32,485 nucleotides of DNA from a virus (IMGVR_UViG_3300011443_000215:1-32485); one strand, 5' to 3'; positions 1 to 8,778 are shown, numbered from the stretch's first letter. Notes: generated from the letters alone by a model not told the origin. Program-made: numbers and translations.

Positions 1-482
1 ATAAATTTTAATACGCTATCGGGGAAATGCCGCCTCTCACTTTCTGCCAAATCGGGATAAACCATAATCAGCCTATCTCTCACCGTTTCCCAAAAGCCTA
101 ATTTTTCTCTATCTTCCCAATTTAAGCCATCAAACATTGTATGGTGGTCGGGGCAAAGTATAATAAAATTTAACGGATGTGTTTTAACTGACGGGCATTT
201 CGTATCCCTTTTATCCAGCAAATGACAAATAGAGTAAATAGCATATTGGTAGATTTTGTTTTCAACTTTACAGCCACACCAATTACAAGTACTTCCCATG
301 TGCTTCATACGTTCTTTAAACCACTTTTGCAACTCCGTATCCCCGTCACCACGTACAGCCGCCTCTTGCTTTTCCTTTTCAATTCTTTTAACTGATTTTT
401 TGGCAATGCTATATGACTTCTTTTGGGGAAGTGGACGGTCTGCTAAAATGTGGGCTTGACGCTTTTTTAAATAGTCGCTCAT
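1..482 (-). CDS. Zn-binding HNH/NinG(Rap)-like endonuclease, 3' end truncated by window edge
   Basis: Not in the ORF track because it is open at the edge. Manual translation from the ATG at 482: MSDYLKKRQAH...STCNWCGCKVE...SICHLLDKRDTKCPSVKTHPLNFIILCPDHHTMFD..., i.e. a CxxC...H...N..LC..HH pattern typical of HNH-fold nucleases. No stop before position 1. Confidence 0.7.
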   Translation of the reverse strand, partial: MSDYLKKRQAHILADRPLPQKKSYSIAKKSVKRIEKEKQEAAVRGDGDTELQKWFKERMKHMGSTCNWCGCKVENKIYQYAIYSICHLLDKRDTKCPSVKTHPLNFIILCPDHHTMFDGLNWEDREKLGFWETVRDRLIMVYPDLAESERRHFPDSVLKF

Positions 483-485
483 GTA

Positions 486-659
486 TTATTTTTTCTTTCT
501 TATTGTAAAAAATACGTAGCCAATCATGTTTTGCATAGAGTCACGGCTAATGGCGACGTTTTCAGCAGTGGCGTTGACGAACTCCCATCCATCAGCATAA
601 AAAGCATTTAAGGTATCAACCTTGTCACGAACAGCTAAAGTTTTATATTCCCATTCCAT
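486..659 (-). CDS. DUF4177-like small protein
   Basis: MEWEYKT...LNAFYADGWEFV...YVFFTIRK resembles the WEYK...LN..G..GWELV signature. Start moved to the ATG at 659 because the longer 680 start lies inside the promoter. Confidence 0.6.
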   Translation of the reverse strand: MEWEYKTLAVRDKVDTLNAFYADGWEFVNATAENVAISRDSMQNMIGYVFFTIRKKK

Positions 660-677
660 AATTTTGTAGTTTGTATG

Positions 678-708
678 CAAATGTATGCAAAGAAATTAAT
701 TCGCCAAA
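678..708 (-). promoter_or_regulatory. Bacteroidota sigma70-type promoter, leftward
   Basis: On the minus strand: TTTG (708-705), 19 nt spacer, TACATTTG (685-678). Matches the TTTG-N19-21-TAnnTTTG consensus. Confidence 0.75.
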
Positions 709-728
709 TTTATTTTCAAAAAAAAGAT

Positions 729-759
729 TTTGTTATTTGCATACGGGTATATACATTTG
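729..759 (+). promoter_or_regulatory. Bacteroidota sigma70-type promoter, rightward
   Basis: TTTG (729-732), 19 nt spacer, TACATTTG (752-759), 8 nt upstream of the ATG at 768. Confidence 0.75.
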
Positions 760-767
760 CATACACT

Positions 768-947
768 ATGGACGAAAAAGAAGATAAGGGAGTTATATCC
801 GTAAGGCCGCCGGAAGGTTCTGATATAAAGGAACGCCTCAATCATTTAGCTGAAACAACAGAGAGAAGCATGAATTACCATGCTGTAAAAGCTATCGAAG
901 CATATCTACTAAAAAACAATCTCAAAACCAAAAAACAAACCACCTAA
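768..947 (+). CDS. Ribbon-helix-helix (CopG/Arc-like) DNA-binding protein
   Basis: GVISVRPPEGSDIKERLNHLAETTERSMNYHAVKAIEAYL shows a beta strand (ISVR), helix, RS turn and helix pattern. The start is probably the ATG at 768, because the ORF-track extension runs through the promoter. Confidence 0.75.
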   Translation: MDEKEDKGVISVRPPEGSDIKERLNHLAETTERSMNYHAVKAIEAYLLKNNLKTKKQTT

Positions 948-1489
948 TGCCTAAGAAGTATAGATTAATAAGACCTTGTATGGGAGGCGGTGGTATAATT
1001 GCCAAAGACACCGTTGTTGAAAAAGAATCAGATTCACATGAATGGTATTATACAGTTGATAGCAATAGAAATCCATTCCATAAAAAAGTGGTAGAAACAT
1101 TCCCAACTTGGTTTGAAGAAATAAAAGAGAAAGAAAGAATAGAGGTAATGGACTATGAACTACAGCAAGAGGATAATAACGGCCACTTTCACTACACATT
1201 AAAATTTAACAAGTACGTAAACTTCAATAAAGATTGGCCTAAAATAATAGAATCCATCGAATCAATCCTAAACAACGAACAACCAATAGAAGAAAAGACC
1301 AATAGAGAGAAGTATGAGGATTGGCAAGCAAGTTTGTACGTAAGTGGGGTTGAATATATTCGTAAACCATCTGATACTCAACCACTAACCGGAGAGTTTA
1401 TAACCAAAGAGGAATGTGAGAGAAGGGTGGAGGAAGCCCATGTTGAAGGGTATGAAGCGGGGAAATTGTATGGCCGATTTCACGGGTAA
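947..1489 (+). CDS. Hypothetical protein, paralog of 1516-1995
   Basis: 180 aa ORF coupled to the RHH stop (TAATG). Shares IKEKE.IEV.D, LN.E.PIE and QPLTGE.IT.EEC.RR motifs with the next gene. Confidence 0.75.
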   Translation: MPKKYRLIRPCMGGGGIIAKDTVVEKESDSHEWYYTVDSNRNPFHKKVVETFPTWFEEIKEKERIEVMDYELQQEDNNGHFHYTLKFNKYVNFNKDWPKIIESIESILNNEQPIEEKTNREKYEDWQASLYVSGVEYIRKPSDTQPLTGEFITKEECERRVEEAHVEGYEAGKLYGRFHG

Positions 1490-1515
1490 CTAATTGAAAA
1501 CAAACAACCTAAATA

Positions 1516-1995
1516 ATGCCTAACGATACTTTTATTTGGACAGATGAATTGGTAAGGGAGTTTTATTTGGGGGCAAGAAAAGAGCCATCGTACCCAATAA
1601 AACAACGCATTGAGGATTTCAAGCAATCAAAAATAAAAGAGAAAGAAATAGAGGTAACTGATTTGCAATATTACGGCGACAAGCACAGAGGGGATAATAA
1701 GTGGACATTCATGTTTAATTTAAATACCGATAACGTCCCAACCGACAAATATAATGCTCTCAAAGATGCAATGGAGACAGCCCTAAATGATGAACCAATA
1801 GAAGGGATGACCGATTGGGCGAAAATGCAAGGGCTTGAAATAGATAGAAATTGGTCTAAAAAAGACATTGATAAAATGGTGGATGATACTGTAAATCAAC
1901 CACTAACCGGAGAACTCATTACTTTGGAGGAATGTCAGAGAAGGGAAGCAAAAGCATACGCAAAAGGTAAGTTAGATGGAATATTTGGGTCATAA
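1516..1995 (+). CDS. Hypothetical protein, paralog of 947-1489
   Basis: 159 aa. Same motifs as the previous gene; 18 bp identity TCAACCACTAACCGGAGA at 1378-1395 and 1896-1913. Confidence 0.75.
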   Translation: MPNDTFIWTDELVREFYLGARKEPSYPIKQRIEDFKQSKIKEKEIEVTDLQYYGDKHRGDNKWTFMFNLNTDNVPTDKYNALKDAMETALNDEPIEGMTDWAKMQGLEIDRNWSKKDIDKMVDDTVNQPLTGELITLEECQRREAKAYAKGKLDGIFGS

Positions 1996-2026
1996 ACCGC
2001 AAACAATCAACTAAATAATAAACCAA

Positions 2027-2209
2027 ATGCCAATCAAAACAGATAAGATAATAGCCGAACTAAGCAAAGGGGATTCAGATGAAATGTTGGTGGCCTTAGA
2101 TGCCATTAAGTTAGTGATATTCAACAAGCTAAACGAAGAACAGCAAGCCGCCGATGAATTGGCAACCAAAAAACAAAGCCAAATAGACCGGCTGAATAAT
2201 AATAACTAA
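2027..2209 (+). CDS. Small helical/coiled-coil hypothetical protein
   Basis: 60 aa ORF with an A-rich leader that fills the operon gap. Confidence 0.6.
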   Translation: MPIKTDKIIAELSKGDSDEMLVALDAIKLVIFNKLNEEQQAADELATKKQSQIDRLNNNN

Positions 2210-2230
2210 AACGATTCATCCAATATCCTA

Positions 2231-2905
2231 ATGGACAAAAGAATTGCCTACATTTTCCCAAGTAGAACAAGACCGGCTAAGTTTTTCCAATGCCTGGAAA
2301 ATATTCAGGATATGAGTTTTTCTGATAACTATTTCGTTTGGGCTAAATTGGATAACGACGATCCAACCAAAGAAGAATACGAAAAAAGATTACACGAATT
2401 TCCAGAGGTAACAGTTAAATGGGGGTTAAGTAATAACAAGGTTCATGCAATCAATCGTGACCTTGAAGATTTGCCACCATGTGACATAATGATAATTCAA
2501 TCTGACGATATTCATTGGACGCAATTCGCATTTGATGATGATATAAGAGAAGCCTTCGTTGACCATTTCCCCGACTTAGATGGCACTATACATTGGCCTG
2601 AATTTCATGCCGGACGATCAACAATTATCGTTTCCATAATGGGAGTGAATATGTATAAGAAGTTGGGGTATATGTATTGCCCATGTTATGAAAGTGTTTA
2701 TAGCGATAATGATTTCACCGAAATGACAAAGGCTATGGGTAAATACAAGTTCATTAATAAGCAAATATTTTTACACAAGCATCCAATTTGGCAAGAATCA
2801 AAAACCGAATGGGATGCCCAATACAAGCATTCAGAACGACCTGAAGTTTATAAAAAAGACAGAGACACCTACCACAAAAGAAAGGCTATTAATTTTGGAA
2901 TATGA
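2231..2905 (+). CDS. GT-A fold glycosyltransferase (GT2-like)
   Basis: IFPSRTRP...LDNDDP...KVHAINR...DIMIIQSDDI (DxD-like)...YESVYSDNDFT...H.HP. Confidence 0.75.
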   Translation: MDKRIAYIFPSRTRPAKFFQCLENIQDMSFSDNYFVWAKLDNDDPTKEEYEKRLHEFPEVTVKWGLSNNKVHAINRDLEDLPPCDIMIIQSDDIHWTQFAFDDDIREAFVDHFPDLDGTIHWPEFHAGRSTIIVSIMGVNMYKKLGYMYCPCYESVYSDNDFTEMTKAMGKYKFINKQIFLHKHPIWQESKTEWDAQYKHSERPEVYKKDRDTYHKRKAINFGI

Positions 2906-3618
2906 GTAAACTTCAATTGCCGTCAGTAACGCTTATCTGTATTGATTGTGTAAATGCTAATAGGGCGGTTAGCGTTTTGGAGCTATGCAAGGATAAGGCC
3001 GATTTTGGGGCGGTGAAACTTTTAACAAGCCTTCCAATAGAGTACCAGCATAAAACAGAAATACCACCATTAAATACATTGGTTGCGTATTCTATTTTTA
3101 TGCTAACAAAAGTTCATGAGTTCATAAATACGGAACACCTGCTCGTGGTGCAAAGGGATGGATTTATATTAAACCCGCAATCTTTTAATCACGAATGGTT
3201 AACATACGACTACATTGCTCCAATATTTGTTCAGTATAATCACGTAGGGTCAGGAGGTTTTTCATTAAGGACAAATAGAATGATGCAAGAAGTTTCGGCA
3301 TCAATGCCGCATTGGGATTGGTCGCAAGAAAAAGCAGATGAAATACAAAGGGTCGCCTCTTATTATGAAGATGGAGTAATTAGTTTTACTAAACGCAAGA
3401 GGCCATTCAAGATAGCCCCGCTTGAGGAAGCCGCTAATTTTGCTCAAGGCGGCAATAGAGACCCTAAGTATTACCGGCCACACCCCTTCGGCTATCATGG
3501 GCTATGGAGTTCAATTAATGTAGAAACAGGATTAGTTCAACCAGTGTGTGAGCATATAGAAGGGAATTGCGAATGTGTTATGGGGTTTAAAAATTATTTA
3601 AAGGGGATGGAAACGTGA
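2902..3618 (+). CDS. DUF5672-family putative glycosyltransferase
   Basis: LLVVQRDGFI...YDYIAP...VGSGGFSLR...EDG...A.NF...PFGYH matches the family pattern (Q.D, YDYIGAP, GNGGFSLR, ED, PFG.H). ATGA overlap with the upstream gene. Confidence 0.75.
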   Translation: MSKLQLPSVTLICIDCVNANRAVSVLELCKDKADFGAVKLLTSLPIEYQHKTEIPPLNTLVAYSIFMLTKVHEFINTEHLLVVQRDGFILNPQSFNHEWLTYDYIAPIFVQYNHVGSGGFSLRTNRMMQEVSASMPHWDWSQEKADEIQRVASYYEDGVISFTKRKRPFKIAPLEEAANFAQGGNRDPKYYRPHPFGYHGLWSSINVETGLVQPVCEHIEGNCECVMGFKNYLKGMET

Positions 3619-3893
3619 AAAGAAGCGAATTTTTTAAATCAGTAGTTGGATTGGTTGGAGTAGCCGCCAGCATGGGGGAGCTTTCAACTATATCATTTAA
3701 AACGCATGAGATATTACCCGTAAGTACAATGGTTGGTGATTTGTTGATGAACTTTAAAAGCGAAGTATTTTATTTTACGGGTAGCCAAATTACAAACATA
3801 AGTACGGGGGAAAGTTTACCGGCCAAAGCAGGTATTGTGAATAACGGCGATTATCAAAGATTTTCAAGTTCAATAGGGGAGCGTAAAAAATGA
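3615..3893 (+). CDS. Hypothetical protein with Tat-signal-like N-terminus
   Basis: GTG start overlaps the upstream stop and its own stop overlaps the next ATG. N-terminus is MKRSEFFKSVVGLVGVAAS. Confidence 0.55.
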   Translation: MKRSEFFKSVVGLVGVAASMGELSTISFKTHEILPVSTMVGDLLMNFKSEVFYFTGSQITNISTGESLPAKAGIVNNGDYQRFSSSIGERKK

Positions 3894-4747
3894 ATAAAGT
3901 AGTTTTACAAAAAAGCGATATTTATGCAACATTAACTACATGGCTTTATTGTCATTTTTGGATGATGTGGAGTGCAGAACAACAAGGAATAGATGCGTAT
4001 ATCCATTGGCCTACTGGAAAATTCTTGCAATCATACGAGGATAGAAATAAGTTTAAAGAGATTCAAAATGCCTATGAATGGTACTTCGTTCAGCCAAAAT
4101 TAAATTCAAATCCAGGAAGTCCCGTTTGGCTTTGGGAAAACTGGAAAGACCCATCGCCTGTTGCATTCATGGCTCAACCACTACAAGTCATAAAAGACTA
4201 CTATAAAAAACACTTGCATTTTAATGATGCCACCAATGCAAGAGGGCGAGCAATACAAGAGAAATATGGCATTGACTTTTCAAAAACAATAGGGATAACG
4301 TGGCGGGGAACTGACGTTTATTTGGACGGTCGGCCACGCATTCCTATTGAAGTTTATTACCCATTCATTGATGAAATTTTAGAAAAACAACCAGACCTAA
4401 GAATAGCTTGTACGGCAGAAGAAGAAACAATCCTTGACCCGCTTTTAATTCGTTACCCTAATGCGTTTAAGATTGATGAGTTTATTTCTTCTCCGTTTGA
4501 ATCAAAGCACAACCCTGAAAGGTTATCAGATGTATCTGGATATGAGAGAGGGCTGCAACCGGCATTAATGGTTTGGTTGTTTTCTAAATGCGCTCATTAC
4601 ATTAAAAATAGAAGTAGTACGGGAGGGGTAGCAAGTTGGTTAAGTGATGGAAGGATAGTTTCGATTGCACACCCTGAAAATTTAGGTTTCCCTGCCAATA
4701 CTAATACAGCAGAGATTGAAGGTAAATTATATCCATTAAACCTATGA
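3890..4747 (+). CDS. GT-B fucosyltransferase-like protein (NodZ/GT23/O-FucT-like)
   Basis: TIGITWRGTD (cf. GVH.R.TD motif I), RIACTAEE (cf. F.ATD/E), LFSKCAHYIKNRSS (cf. LS.CD.lI...S). Confidence 0.7.
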   Translation: MNKVVLQKSDIYATLTTWLYCHFWMMWSAEQQGIDAYIHWPTGKFLQSYEDRNKFKEIQNAYEWYFVQPKLNSNPGSPVWLWENWKDPSPVAFMAQPLQVIKDYYKKHLHFNDATNARGRAIQEKYGIDFSKTIGITWRGTDVYLDGRPRIPIEVYYPFIDEILEKQPDLRIACTAEEETILDPLLIRYPNAFKIDEFISSPFESKHNPERLSDVSGYERGLQPALMVWLFSKCAHYIKNRSSTGGVASWLSDGRIVSIAHPENLGFPANTNTAEIEGKLYPLNL

Positions 4748-5310
4748 TAACAGTAAATACAAGAGCAGAATTTCTTATGGAGTTGGCCAAACTATTGCCG
4801 CCTAAAAGCAATGGTATTGAGTTGGGGGTATTGCATGGTGATTTCTCCCGAATGATTTTAGACATTGTAAAACCAGATTGGCTTGTACTTGTTGACCCAT
4901 ATACTGAAGGTGAAGAAAGATATGGCCCCGACCCTAACGCATGGAAAACGGCTTACTCAACAGAGGCGCAATACAATGCCGTTAAAAAGAGATTCAACAA
5001 CGAAATATTCTTAGGTAAACTTTTTATAGATAGAGGGTATTCATACGAAGCAGTAAACCATTATGTCAATCGTAGCTTCTCATTCGTTTACCATGATGCT
5101 TGCCATCTTTATGAGCATCTAAAAAAAGACTTAAATGATTGGATGCCGAAGTTGAAAGACGAAAATTCCTATATGTGTGGCCATGATTATGTTGATAGTA
5201 ACGGGTTTGGAGTAATACAAGCAGCAGATGAATTTTGCCAGGAACAAGGATTTGAAATGATAATTTTTAACGAAACCGAAGGAGACTTTGCACTAACAAA
5301 AAAACAATGA
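4744..5310 (+). CDS. Class I SAM-dependent methyltransferase (Methyltransf_24-like)
   Basis: GIELGVLHGDFS...LVDPY...FVYHDACHLYE..KKDL..W.PKLK...CGHDY. Confidence 0.85.
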   Translation: MITVNTRAEFLMELAKLLPPKSNGIELGVLHGDFSRMILDIVKPDWLVLVDPYTEGEERYGPDPNAWKTAYSTEAQYNAVKKRFNNEIFLGKLFIDRGYSYEAVNHYVNRSFSFVYHDACHLYEHLKKDLNDWMPKLKDENSYMCGHDYVDSNGFGVIQAADEFCQEQGFEMIIFNETEGDFALTKKQ

Positions 5311-6299
5311 ACCATTGCATCATCACAACTATCAATAAGCCAAGTAAGTCAGTAGAGAAAATCTACGAGTATTTTGGTGATGGCCTTATCGTAATTGGTG
5401 ATAAAAAAACACCGACCGATTGGAGTTATAAAGATGCAAAATACATATCACCCGATAACCAAAGAGAACTTGAATTTGTATGCAGGTATTACATTCCAGA
5501 TAACCATTATTCAAAAAAGAACATAGGCTATCTAATGGCAATGAAGGAACGGGCAACACTTATCTATGACACCGATGATGATAATTGCCCTAATGATAAT
5601 TTCAATTTCAGAACACGAAACGTTCAAGCAAATGAATCATTAGGTGAAGGATGGTATAATGTTTACGACTTAGTTGCAAGCAATTTCATGTGGCCGAGAG
5701 GGTTTTCATTAAAGCATCTAAGAGACTTTCCTTCATGTGGGATGGCGAAGTTTAGAGATAGTTCTATTCAGCAAGGGTTGGCAGATGGTGAGCCGGACGT
5801 TGATGCAATGTGGAGATTGATATTTGGAAGAAAAAATAAGTTTGAAACAAACAAAAGCATATATCTAAATCCTAATACGTGGTGTCCTTTTAATTCTCAA
5901 AGCACATGGTGGTTCCCAAAAGCATACCCATTGATGTATCTTCCTATATACGCAACGTTTCGCATGACTGATATTTACAGAAGTTTCGTTGCACAGCGTT
6001 GCATTTGGGAAATCGGTGAAGGAGTAACCTACCATTCCCCAAGTGAAGTATATCAAGATAGAAACCAACATGACCTATTAGCTGATTTCAAAGATGAAGT
6101 GCATGGGTATTTGCATAGTGGAATCATTGTTGAGATATTGCAGAAATTGAAATTAAAACCAGGAGTTGAAAACATTTGCGATAATTTAATAACGTGCTAC
6201 GTAGCTTTAATTGGTGATGGTATATTGCCGGTAAAAGAAATTGAATGCGTAAAAGCATGGGTAAAAGACTATGAGAACATTACAAAAAATATGGGCTGA
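5307..6299 (+). CDS. STELLO/DUF288-like (GT75-related) glycosyltransferase
   Basis: IITTINKP, VIGDKKTP..W, YSKKNIGYL.A, IYDTDDDN, WPRGF, QQGLADGEPDVDA..RL, PFNSQ.T.W, FRMTDI.RSF.AQR. Confidence 0.85.
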   Translation: MNHCIITTINKPSKSVEKIYEYFGDGLIVIGDKKTPTDWSYKDAKYISPDNQRELEFVCRYYIPDNHYSKKNIGYLMAMKERATLIYDTDDDNCPNDNFNFRTRNVQANESLGEGWYNVYDLVASNFMWPRGFSLKHLRDFPSCGMAKFRDSSIQQGLADGEPDVDAMWRLIFGRKNKFETNKSIYLNPNTWCPFNSQSTWWFPKAYPLMYLPIYATFRMTDIYRSFVAQRCIWEIGEGVTYHSPSEVYQDRNQHDLLADFKDEVHGYLHSGIIVEILQKLKLKPGVENICDNLITCYVALIGDGILPVKEIECVKAWVKDYENITKNMG

Positions 6300-6837
6300 T
6301 TTAGCCAATGCCGGAATGGAAACTGACAAAGGGTCAGTACATAGCTATATTGATGTTTACCAAGAGTTATTCTCTATTCAGAGAGTAGCGGCAAAGAACG
6401 TTCTTGAAATAGGATTATTTCAAGGCCATTCAATGAGAATGTGGGAGCAATATTTCATCTATGCAGATGTTCATGGAATTGATTGTAGTGACCAACCGAT
6501 AGGGGGCTTGGCAGATTTAAGACCAATGATAGCAGAGGGAACGCACAAGATACATATAATGGATGCCACAAGCCAAGAACAAATAGATGATGAATTTGGT
6601 GATATGAAGTTTGATGTAGTCATTGATGATGGCAACCATAACGTTAATAGCCAACTTCAGACTATTGAAATATTCAAGCCACGAATGAATCAAGGCGGCA
6701 TCATAGTGATAGAGGATATTCAAGATATAAATAATTTTTCATGGTCATTTTATGGGTCACATGACGATGTAGAGATAATTGACCTTCGTAAAATAAAAAA
6801 TAGATATGACGATGTTCTTGTAATATTGAAATTCTAA
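6271..6837 (+). CDS. SAM-dependent sugar O-methyltransferase (MycE/TylE-like)
   Basis: TDKGSVHSY...Y...VLEIGLFQG.S..MW..YF....GID...FDVVIDDGNH...GGIIVIEDI. Confidence 0.8.
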   Translation: MRTLQKIWADLANAGMETDKGSVHSYIDVYQELFSIQRVAAKNVLEIGLFQGHSMRMWEQYFIYADVHGIDCSDQPIGGLADLRPMIAEGTHKIHIMDATSQEQIDDEFGDMKFDVVIDDGNHNVNSQLQTIEIFKPRMNQGGIIVIEDIQDINNFSWSFYGSHDDVEIIDLRKIKNRYDDVLVILKF

Positions 6838-6840
6838 CCT

Positions 6841-7401
6841 ATGGATTTATCAATACTCGTACCATACATAAGAAGGCATGAGAGTGCTTTTCTAAAGTTG
6901 AAGTTTAAGCTATCAGCCCAAATACTACCGTATGCCGGAAGGATTGAACTACTAACGGATAACCACGAATATGATTTGGTGGGTACAAAAAGAAACAGAT
7001 TACTTGAAAGAGCAACCGGAAAATATCTTTGCTTCTTTGATGCAGATGATACACCTTCGCATGACTATATTGACCAAGTGATGAAAGGCATTGAATCAGG
7101 TTGTGATTGCACAAGTTTACGTGGGGAGATTTCAATAGATGGGAAGTTTGATGGGGTGTTTGAGCATTCGATAAAGTACAAAGAATGGAGAACAACAAAG
7201 AATGAAGTGAAGTATGAGAGGTATCCAAATCATCTCAACCCTATCAAGTCAGAGATAGCCAAGTTGTTTAAATTTCCAGACATTAATCACGGGGAAGATG
7301 CTGATTGGTCAACACAAATTTTTCAGGCGGGTTCATTGAAAACAGAACATTACATAGACGATATTATTTACTATTACGATTACGAGAGCGTTAAAAAATG
7401 A
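6841..7401 (+). CDS. GT2-family glycosyltransferase
   Basis: LSILVP...VGTKRNRLLERATGKYLCFFDADD...GEDADW. Confidence 0.85.
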   Translation: MDLSILVPYIRRHESAFLKLKFKLSAQILPYAGRIELLTDNHEYDLVGTKRNRLLERATGKYLCFFDADDTPSHDYIDQVMKGIESGCDCTSLRGEISIDGKFDGVFEHSIKYKEWRTTKNEVKYERYPNHLNPIKSEIAKLFKFPDINHGEDADWSTQIFQAGSLKTEHYIDDIIYYYDYESVKK

Positions 7402-8183
7402 CAAATACAGACACGGTAATATATTCAAGCTGGTGCTTATCGGATAACTTCGGGGATAAACTTACGCCATACCTTATTGAAAAAATAAGTGGTAAGAAAT
7501 GCGTTTGGTCGCCACCCGAAAGTGACATTGAAAAGTTCTTGGTAACGGGAAGTATATTGAATTGGGAGATGAAAAATGCAATCTCTTGGGGTTGTGGCCT
7601 TGCAAGTAAAGACGATAGGGTTGGTGTTGAAAAGGTGGTAATGGTACGGGGCCAAATATCAAAGTATATGGCAATTTTGGGCGGCATTGAAAATGAAATT
7701 GCCGTTGGCGACCCCGCATTATTATTGCCAAGATATTACACACCACCCGCAGCAAAGAAATATCAATTAGGGGTATTCACTCACTACATAGATACCGATG
7801 TTATTTCATACAATTTACTAAGCCAATTCCCCGATGATGTTGTATTGATAAATCCATTAGGGGATATTGAAGAAGTGATTGATTTGGTATGTAGTTGCCA
7901 CAGAGTAATATCAAATAGCTTGCATGGGTTGATAGTTGCAGATGCGTATGGCATACCGTCAAGGTGGGTTAAGTTTTCAGATAGAATACTTGGAGATGGA
8001 ACAAAATACATGGACTACTATTCATCCATTGGCTATGATATTGGAACGAAACCCGTTGATTTAAGAAATAACATTGACATAGAATCTCTATTAGCCGTTG
8101 AGTGTGATTTGAAATATCTGAAAATAGATTTAGATGCTATGATGAAGTGCTGCCCCTTTTTACCCGAAATAATAAACCAATAA
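7398..8183 (+). CDS. Polysaccharide pyruvyltransferase (ExoV-like)
   Basis: NFGD.L, GSIL, WG.G, VRG, GDPALLL, SNSLHGLIVADAYGIP, KY.DYY. Confidence 0.85.
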   Translation: MTNTDTVIYSSWCLSDNFGDKLTPYLIEKISGKKCVWSPPESDIEKFLVTGSILNWEMKNAISWGCGLASKDDRVGVEKVVMVRGQISKYMAILGGIENEIAVGDPALLLPRYYTPPAAKKYQLGVFTHYIDTDVISYNLLSQFPDDVVLINPLGDIEEVIDLVCSCHRVISNSLHGLIVADAYGIPSRWVKFSDRILGDGTKYMDYYSSIGYDIGTKPVDLRNNIDIESLLAVECDLKYLKIDLDAMMKCCPFLPEIINQ

Positions 8184-8184
8184 T

Positions 8185-8772
8185 ATGTTTTCACAGAACG
8201 CAGAAGAAATAATAATACTCCAATATTTTGCTGACAAGCCAATAGGAAAGTTCCTTGATATAGGCGCATTCGATGTTGAAAAATTTTCAAACACTCGTGC
8301 TTTATATAATAAAGGTTGGGGAGGTGTATTCGTAGAGCCAAGCCCAAAGCAATTCAATAACATATATGAGCATTACAAGAACGACCCCAAGATAGTAACG
8401 TTAAACGTTGCTATCGGCACAAGCTCAGAGCCGCTTGAATTTTATTTATCTGAAGATGCCGTTTCAACTTCCGATGTTCCGCACATGACCAAGTGGGCAA
8501 ATGCCGGAGTGAAATTTGAAAAGACAACAGTACCGCAAATCCATGTAGCTGACTTTATGAAAGAGTATTGCGTGGATATTGATTTCATCAGCTTAGATAC
8601 AGAAGCAACCAACATGAAAATATTCAGAGCAATACCAGATTTTGTCTTTGAGCAAATAAGTTGCTTTTGCATTGAGCATGACGGGCTATCAGATGAAGTT
8701 GAAGATAGGCTTGCAAGTTTTGCGTTCTATCCAATGTATTTTAATGGTGAGAATATAATTTTAGGTAAATAA
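8185..8772 (+). CDS. FkbM-family methyltransferase
   Basis: SQNAEE...FLDIGAFD...SNT..L...GW.GV.VEP...N.AI...IDFISLDTEA...CIEH. Confidence 0.85.
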   Translation: MFSQNAEEIIILQYFADKPIGKFLDIGAFDVEKFSNTRALYNKGWGGVFVEPSPKQFNNIYEHYKNDPKIVTLNVAIGTSSEPLEFYLSEDAVSTSDVPHMTKWANAGVKFEKTTVPQIHVADFMKEYCVDIDFISLDTEATNMKIFRAIPDFVFEQISCFCIEHDGLSDEVEDRLASFAFYPMYFNGENIILGK

Positions 8773-8778
8773 TTAGTT

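Larger units (their letters stand above)
672..765. repeat. Four copies of (T)GTATGCAAA, putative operator boxes
   Basis: TGTATGCAAA at 672-681 and 682-691; reverse complement TTTGCATAC(A) at 736-744 and 756-765. Confidence 0.75.

Noticed and set aside
256-459. 67 aa plus-strand ORF
   Set aside because: Antisense shadow of the HNH/NinG-like gene at 1-482.
675-767. 31 aa N-terminal extension of the RHH ORF
   Set aside because: It runs through both promoters and the operator boxes; the ATG at 768 fits better.
486-947. RHH plus DUF4177 as a toxin-antitoxin pair
   Set aside because: The genes are divergent and neither neighbour has a recognisable toxin motif.
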